In this document: positions 57,248-64,000 of the stretch, piece by piece
Position numbering within the stretch: the first letter of the stretch is position 1
Layout: the number at the start of each line of letters is the position of its first letter
Assembly (NCBI RefSeq): GCF_000143415.4
Contig: NW_003314262.1
Location: forward strand, 1,725,960 to 1,789,959
Length of the DNA stretch: 64,000 nt
Reading direction: 5' to 3'
Origin: Selaginella moellendorffii
Taxonomy: Eukaryota; Plantae; Lycopodiophyta
Program-made: the position numbers and the translations under genes
Notes under the pieces: model-generated
What the model was told of the DNA's origin: nothing
Databases searched by the model: none
The model's input: only the letters and a program-made list of their open reading frames with translations

Positions 57248-60200
57248 ATGGTAAGTCTTTTAGGCCAAGTAGAAAATGACATGAGGCCACATGCCATTCA
57301 GTAGCAACATTGGCATGCACCGATTGGGCTCTCGAGTGCAGTCCGGTTACAGATGGCGTGTAGCCTCACGCCATCTTAGGATGCAGCCTCAAGACATCTG
57401 ATGCAGTGGTGAATGGCGTGTGGCCTCACGTTATTTCCAACTACTAGCTTTTCATCTGTCAGCTCTAATTGTTGTGCATTTCTGAACAGGCGAGGAATTG
57501 CGTTCTTCTTCCAGTCACTGTCAATGTGGATGTAGAGAAGGGGGAGGAGCTCACCAGTTGGACTTTCGGGATGGAAGGCGAGGATCTGAGGCTGTACAAC
57601 ACAGATGGTGGGAGAAAAGAATGCATGGGGATCCTCATCCAAGTGACAGACACTCCATGCAGTTCCATGCAAGAATATGGACTGGCACTTGTGGTAGAGA
57701 CAGCGTCTGCCTTCAAGATCCACCTTGCACATCCTAGCGGCTTCCCGGAGGGGGGCAGCGGCTATGAGGAATTCCTAGAGGGAGCTAGGGAGAGGTTGTC
57801 TAGGAGGCCCACAATTTCAAAGACGCTGCGGGTCTATGAAGATCACATGGAATCCACGGACCTCACCTATGGCGATGTTCAAAAACTATATTCCAACATT
57901 GAGCCGTTGAGAGTGACTCCAGTTCGCGAAGCAAAGGGGAAGGGGGTCGATCTGGAAACTACCTCGAAGCAGAAAAGGGTGGTCAAGCTCAAGCCGAAGT
58001 CCGACTCTCCTGCTCCAAAAAAGAAGTTACTCAGTGATGCCATTGCCTCGGGTTCGAACACTACACCCACCAAAAAGAAGAGCCGCAAAGAGCAGAAAGA
58101 GCAAGAAGAGGCAGCAAAAATCGTCGCAGATAATAGTACTTGTTACTATTCCAACAAAGTATATACAATCGACATGAGCCGTATCGACATCCAAAGCAAA
58201 TACAACCACAGGCTAGTATCTGATGAGTGGGTGGAGAAATTGAAGCAGAAGATGCTGGCAAGTCCAGTAACACCCGACATCGCAGACGTGATCCCCTACT
58301 ACCAAAAAATGAAGGGCGAGATGAGGTTTCCAGACTTGATCAATAGGAAGGTGTTGGACGATCAGAACATCCGGTTCTATGCCGTCTCCGGGCAGCATTC
58401 TAGCTTGGCGATGCAAGAGATAGTTGTGGATATTATGGTGGGCGAGGAGGTGAAGAAAGTCTTCAAGACAAGAGTTGTCCGCCTGATAAAAGGCAACTCG
58501 CCCCTCCGATCTATCATATACATCTCCCACGCGTAGAATGTCAAGCAAGAAACGTGCTACAAATCGGGTCTGCACGAGACATTGGCACGAACACGGAAGC
58601 TCTAGGTTCAACTGAAGAAGCCACAAAAACCAGGACAAGGACGTGCACTAGCAACTAGCGCCTGGCAGGTAAGCCTCGTTGTATGTGGCATAGCATGTGG
58701 CCTCACGCCATTTCCATTGCAGGAATTCTCGAGTCTTCTCTCGAAAACACTGGGGGTCAATGACACACTCAGCATCCATAACATTCTACTCGCGACAAAA
58801 GTTGTTTTTGACAAATGGGTAGATGTGCTGAGGAGGTACCATGACGGGGAGTTGCCAAACTCAATGGGTGTGGAGGACGGCCGGAAGCCCAATGATTTGA
58901 AGCTCAACGCCTTGCGTTTCTCGCGGTCTCTAGACGACGACGACCTTCTGACAGTGGCTAATGCTCTTCTATGTGGTGAGGTAGTCTTCAACAAGACCAA
59001 AATGACTCCCGGCCATATTGTGACATACGAGGACTTGTGCACGACTCTAAGAGCTCGTGCGCTATTGAAGGATTGGATCTTCGAGCAAGTGGCCGTGGAG
59101 AGGGTGAGCATCGACACCACGCAAGAGATGATGGAAGCGCTGGAGTTGTCAAATGAAGACATCAACGAGTACGTGAAGGGGGCCCCCAAGTTCATCGATC
59201 TACTGCGGGATGCCACGAAAAGTAAAGCTGAGAAGTTGGATCAGTATCCAAATTTCATTAAGATTGATGTCGACCGCCGGCTTCAGAAACAGCTCGACCC
59301 CGCAGCAGAGGCCTATCGAGAACCTTACCGGGTATACTTGAATTCGGATGAGGATCAAAGGTGGAGGAGCATCGTTTCCCGTGGAGATGAGCAGGTCAAG
59401 AACATCTTTTGTGTGATGGACTTCACAAACGAGGAGATCACTCATGCAGACGAAGTCAGCTCCATCATTGACTTAATCGTGGGACTTGCGGAGGTGGAAT
59501 CTTCAGTCCACTATATGATCTACGACTCCGAATCCTATCACAAGTTCTGGAAGGCCTTGAATGAGGTGAAGGCTCGGTTGAAAGGCAAGGAGATGCGGGA
59601 GATCCATGGGATAATGGCTAAGAAGAAGATACCGACGAATGTCCGCATCTTCACACTCGCCCTTGTTATTGGTCCTGCAGCAGAGTGGGACTGGAGTGAC
59701 TTCCCAGCTTCGTTCGACAAGGCCAATCGAATTGATCTGAGGGAGGTCAATTTACCCGTGCCTGAGGAACTGAAGACGGCTATGGAGCTTTCGAATCCAA
59801 AGAAAGCTCCAGGTGCAGCATGGGAAATGCTCAGCTGGGTCTTCAACGCAATAGCGGGTGGGTCACCTGCTTCCGACTCCAAGGGCAAATGCGTTGTCGA
59901 GTACAACTGCGGCGGACTATTCTTTCGAGCCGCACTACTCAAGGGTGTCCCGTGTGTTGCGGTGACAAACTCCATTGAAGAGGTGACTTCAATGGAGCAT
60001 ATAATTACAGTTGCCAAAGAAAAACAGTATCTTCTCTGCGAACCTGGTGAGTACGCACTTTAAGTTTAAATGTTATCTCACAAGCTCTGTATGCAGGAGC
60101 GTGGCCACCCCCAGATGCTGAAACGGCGTTAACAGCTACTGTTGAAGATACCCATGTTGGGCCGAGCTCACAACCTGCACAAGGTAAGGTCACGTGAGGC

Positions 60201-62870
60201 CTCACGCCATTTTGATTATAGATCGTTGTGAATATTCAGACACGAGGACTGAAAAGCGCACTGGTGGCGCATTGAAGAAGGACAAACAGAAAAGCAATAG
60301 GAAAAAAGGAGGTACAAATTATATTTGCAATGGCGTGTGGTCTCATGCCATTCCTTGCAGGAGAAACTTCTTCAAAGGCAAAACAGGCAAGCACCAGCCA
60401 AGCTCAAACTGACAGTGGTCATAAAAAGCGAAAGCACGTTGGACAGTCGTCGAGATCAGAGGCGTTTGATTCGAAAAGGAAGAAGGGCAACGAAAAGATG
60501 ATAGGTAATGCCTCGCGGTTATGGCGTGTGTGCTCATGCCATTCATTGCAGATCAAGGGCTGAGTGAAAGCAGGCAGTCACCACCTCATGACTCAGATTC
60601 CTATGGCGGACTCCCCTTCCCCAATCTCAATGGAGAGGTACAATGGATGAGGGAAGCTTTTCAAGGTAGGGCCACGTTTTTCTCATCTTGTCGTCTTCGA
60701 AGGGTGCAAGAACGTGCAGAAACCATGTTAAGACAGTCGGGTGAGGATACGGTCCTAGGTCACGCACTAAAACAGGCTATGGATGTCTTGTATTTTGAGA
60801 TGGAGACTCGGCCAGATGATTTTCCCAAGATGGTCCTAGAAGAACAAGCCATCCAGCCTGAGCAGCCTATGGAAGAAATGCAGGAGGGGGATGAGGAGCC
60901 AGAGAAAGATAATGAGCAGGAAGAGCAGAAGGACGAAGAGGAGGACAAAGAAGAGGAGGACGAAGAAGAGGAGGACGAAGAGGACTTGGATGGTCGTCAC
61001 AATGGTGACGATCACAATAACGACGACGATGATGATGACGACGATGGCCAGCTTGAGGTGGCCAAAGAGCGGCGGAGGAAGGTCATACAAGACAAACCAT
61101 CAGGTAAATAATAATACATCCATTCTTAACCTTTTACCATTTCTAACATTGTCCATGTAGGTCGCAGAGCAAATGGTAAGTAGAGATTATTCAGTTGAAT
61201 TTACAAACTCTAGCCTTTAGTGTCGAGGAAGGATAGTGCCAAGCAAGGGTCGAAACGTATGTCCAATCCTTCAGAATCAGCAGTGCGCTCAAGTGATATC
61301 GGTCCTAGTTCCTCAATAGCAGTTGATGGTAAATACAGTATAGTCGATTCAATGTGCTAATGAGTTTGTTTTTAGTAGCACGGGAGGATACCATCTCAAT
61401 CGAAGGGAGATATTTGGACATGCATATGGATCCGCCAGTGGACTCTACTTGGCTGCAAGAGTCATCAGAGCTGGTGGAGGCTACTATCCATATCAACGCC
61501 AAGCAAGCTGACCACACTCCACTTGATGCTGCCCATACCACTGAGTCAATCTTGTCCACGTATCCAACTGACGGTGACCAGGCGCCATTGGACCCACATG
61601 AGGCCGCCCCAGCCGCCGAGCCGGTCGTATCCTCATTTCCAACGGACTCAACGTGTGCCCAATCGTCTGACTACGCACCGTTGGAACCTCCCTACACCGC
61701 CCCTGCTGCCTGTTCGGTCATGTCCACTTTGCCAACGGAGGCACCAGCTGAAATGGCGTGTGATCACACGCCATCGGAACCACCCCATGCCACTGTTGAA
61801 CCAGTTGTACTAGAGTCTACAGCTGAAATGGCATGTGCCCACACGCCATCGGATGCGATTGACCCCACATTGCAGAGGAGAGTATTTCCGCCCTTCACGT
61901 TTCCTCGACCAAAACCCTCTCAACGACCATCGGGAGCAACATTCGCTAATATTGTAGATGGTAAAATTGACTTGTACCATTTTTTATGCTGACGCATTTC
62001 ATTTCAGAGTCACGGCGAAGGTACTGTATCGTTTTTGATCTGAACGGTGTCCTTTTCTCCCATGAGCGTGGCTCGTCCTCGAATGTCATTGCACCCTCCA
62101 AAGCCTACGGTCGCAAGTTGGTCAAAAGAGACAGATTCACATTAATCACACGGGAGAAACTGCGGGATCTAATAATGACCATGCGACACTTAAAACAGAG
62201 GGCCGGGTTCAATTTGCAATTGGGAGTTTGGACATCCATGATGCGCCACAATGCATTAACGTTGCTACAGATGATGCACGATCAGACGCGAGTAATATTA
62301 CCATTTGACTTTCTCCTAACGCAGGAGGATTGCTTGACTATGGTCCATGTGAGGGGTAGCAAGCCCATCTTCGTCAAGCCAGAGGCTGTAGTGATGAACC
62401 GGACTGCTAGCTCAAGTGAAATCCTCATCATCGATGACTCGCCGATTAAAACTGCAGCGAACACGCACACATATGCAGTGCACCCCATCTCTTGCAGTAT
62501 GGAAACTAGGGAGAAGAAACCGTATGTTCTGGGGGACCTTGCAAAACGGCTTGGAGCGATGGTGATAGAGAACTAGCCAGTCCAGGAGGTGGCTGCAGAA
62601 ATCAACCAAATGGCAGATGGAACGGTATATCAGAAGCCATTTGATCGGACAGACACCAGTCATCATTTATGGCATGTATATTGTCTAGCCAAGCACTATC
62701 CGCATCTCCATAATCTGCTCAACCGGATGGGTTCTTCGACCACTGAACATGAGCGTGGACGTATTAGAGAAGAGATGGCATTACTATTGGGTTTAAATCC
62801 TGATAGTGTGGAGAGTGATGAAATTCCAAGATTATTGTATAGGCGTTGGAGGCAAAAAATAACAGTCTGA
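57248..62870 (+). pseudogene. 11-exon transposon cargo gene (~1,640 codons): ParB/Srx-like domain, degenerate N4/N6-methyltransferase-like region, acidic disordered linker, FCP1/NIF HAD-phosphatase-like domain; 3 in-frame TAGs
   Basis: Exons 57248-50, 57490-58668, 58723-60046, 60097-60183, 60240-60311, 60361-60504, 60552-61103, 61161-75, 61221-61328, 61376-61960, 62008-62870 splice in frame via GT-AG; stops at 58534, 58603, 62574; motifs FYAVSGQHS, IVFDLNGVL, VWTSM, ILIIDDSPIK. Confidence 0.78.
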
Positions 62871-63559
62871 GATGGCATGTATTTATTTAAAAATGTAACT
62901 TATTATGGCATGGGGTTCCATGCCATTGTATTAATATTAAAAGACAATTCTTTGAGAGGATTTGCATTATACTAGAAGTGTTACAGCATGTTATTGGAAG
63001 TCTACGAAGTTGTTTTATTAATAATGGGAAAGTAAAGATTGAATGGGGACTTGGGCTCCACCTAGACTCGGAGCAACTGAGCCAATATTAAAAGGATGGA
63101 AAGAAATTGGACGACGATGACAAGGAGAAGAGAGAGGTGAAGCAGTGGCAGGGGGAGGAGAAGTGATTGAGTAGACATTTCCTTGTTTAAAATAAAATGG
63201 CATGTGCCTCAATGCAGTTGAATTTTGTTATATTTATATACTATATAAAGGTTTGGAAACTTTATTTTACAAGTGGGATAATGACAATTCCCACTTTAAC
63301 GAAATAGAGCTTAATATAAACAATTTATCCCCCATAAGGGTATGTCTAACTTCTTTATCCTAATAAAAAGTCTTTGGTAGTTACCTTCTACCAGTTTAAT
63401 CAATTATTTTGCACCTTTTGCTTAATTGCCTTATAGTTGTCAAGTTTTACAACTCATTATTGGTGCTTCCACACCTCATCATTATTTAGGACACCACACT
63501 CCAACCACATGCCTTCCAACTTAGACCATACAATTCCCCTTTCCATTAGGATTCCATTG

Positions 63560-64000
63560 GGGTTGGAGTCCGAAGTGGAGTCTGAGATGGACCCGAGTTG
63601 GAGTCCGAAGTGGAGTCCGAGAAGGACCCGAGATGGAGTCTGAGATGGACCTGAGATGGAGTCCGAGATGGACCCCAGATGGACCCGAGATGGAGTCCGA
63701 GATGGAGTCTGAGATGGACCCGAGATGGAACTGAGATGGAGTCCAAGATGGAGTCCGAGATGGAGTTTGAGATGGAGTCTAAGATGGACCCGAGATGGAG
63801 TCTAAGATGTAACCGGGACTAAGACCGAGACCGAGACTGAGACCGAGACCGAGACCTAGATCGAGACCAAGACCGAGTCCGAGTCTGAAACCGGGACCGA
63901 GACCGAGTCCGAGTCCGAGTCTGAATACTAATACAGGCAGTTGGGTGAAAGCCCAAAGCGATCGTCCCCCGGGGGGGGGGGGCTGCGGGGGGTTCCAAAA
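63560..64000 (+). repeat. LTR fragment with a 12-bp (GAGATGGAGTCC/GGACCC) tandem array and G run, running off the window
   Basis: Same array - GGGTGAAAGCCCAAAGCG - poly-G - GGGTTCCAAAA layout as LTR 1707-2854. Confidence 0.8.

Larger units (their letters stand above)
51979..63218. repeat. Dispersed 22-bp palindrome, consensus ATGGCRTGWGGCCWCAYGCCAT, ~18 copies confined to the DNA transposon
   Basis: Copies start at 51979, 52295, 52348, 53687, 53744, 55299 (perfect), 55397, 56012, 56084, 57276, 57353, 57413, 58690, 60189, 60330, 60521, 61753, 61828, 62905, 63197; a few are half-sites only. Confidence 0.9.
51753..63312. mobile_element. ~11.6-kb TIR DNA transposon (Sola-like DDE transposase) with a divergent cargo gene
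   Basis: 24-bp TIRs AAGCTCTATTTYGTTAAAGTGGGA (51753-51776, 63289-63312; 1 mismatch); 4-bp TSD AATA (a 3-bp TAA reading with ends one base inward is equally consistent); contains transposase. Confidence 0.87.

Noticed and set aside
58534-58605. Stop-codon readthrough, recoding or U-to-C editing of the in-frame TAGs
   Set aside because: Neighbouring host genes use TAG as a normal stop; single transitions from CAG/TGG in methylated TE DNA explain them more simply
51979-63218. Palindromic repeats as a CRISPR array
   Set aside because: Irregular spacing from tens of bp to kilobases, copies inside introns and CDS, no cas genes, eukaryotic context
51754-63311. PIF/Harbinger classification from a possible TAA TSD
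   Set aside because: Transposase motifs (DKMDQ, DNAxxENKN, GHTHEDVD) are not Harbinger-type, and the TIR extends one base further to give a 4-bp AATA TSD; the superfamily still needs phylogenetic confirmation

Overview
Eukaryotic plant nuclear DNA. Very short introns, tight gene packing, a GC-rich PLS-type PPR gene and the repeat families suggest a lycophyte such as Selaginella (inference only). Bases 1-31,600 are mostly genic: germin-like pseudogene, ELMO-domain gene, PLAC8/CNR gene, 'MSRC..PPPGY' family gene, thymidine kinase, HINT, plastid sHSP, an in-frame trihelix-NMNAT fusion, a PPR gene, rhomboid RBL15 and an RBOH. This part also holds the 3' end of a chromoviral Ty3/Gypsy element and one intact 5-kb Ty3/Gypsy element. 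Bases 31,700-64,000 are nested transposon DNA: decayed LTR elements, solo LTRs, an AT-rich bulb-lectin gene between inverted repeats, and an ~11.6-kb TIR DNA transposon with a Sola-like DDE transposase. That transposon carries a divergent 11-exon cargo gene (ParB-like domain, degenerate N4/N6-methyltransferase-like region, FCP1/NIF HAD-phosphatase-like domain) and about 18 copies of a 22-bp palindrome, ATGGCRTGWGGCCWCAYGCCAT. This protein-plus-motif element is the best candidate for an undescribed system. Other highlights: the trihelix-NMNAT fusion, spliceosomal introns inside a retrotransposon integrase, and a -1 frameshift heptamer with pseudoknot. All domain calls come from motif reading by eye, not database searches.
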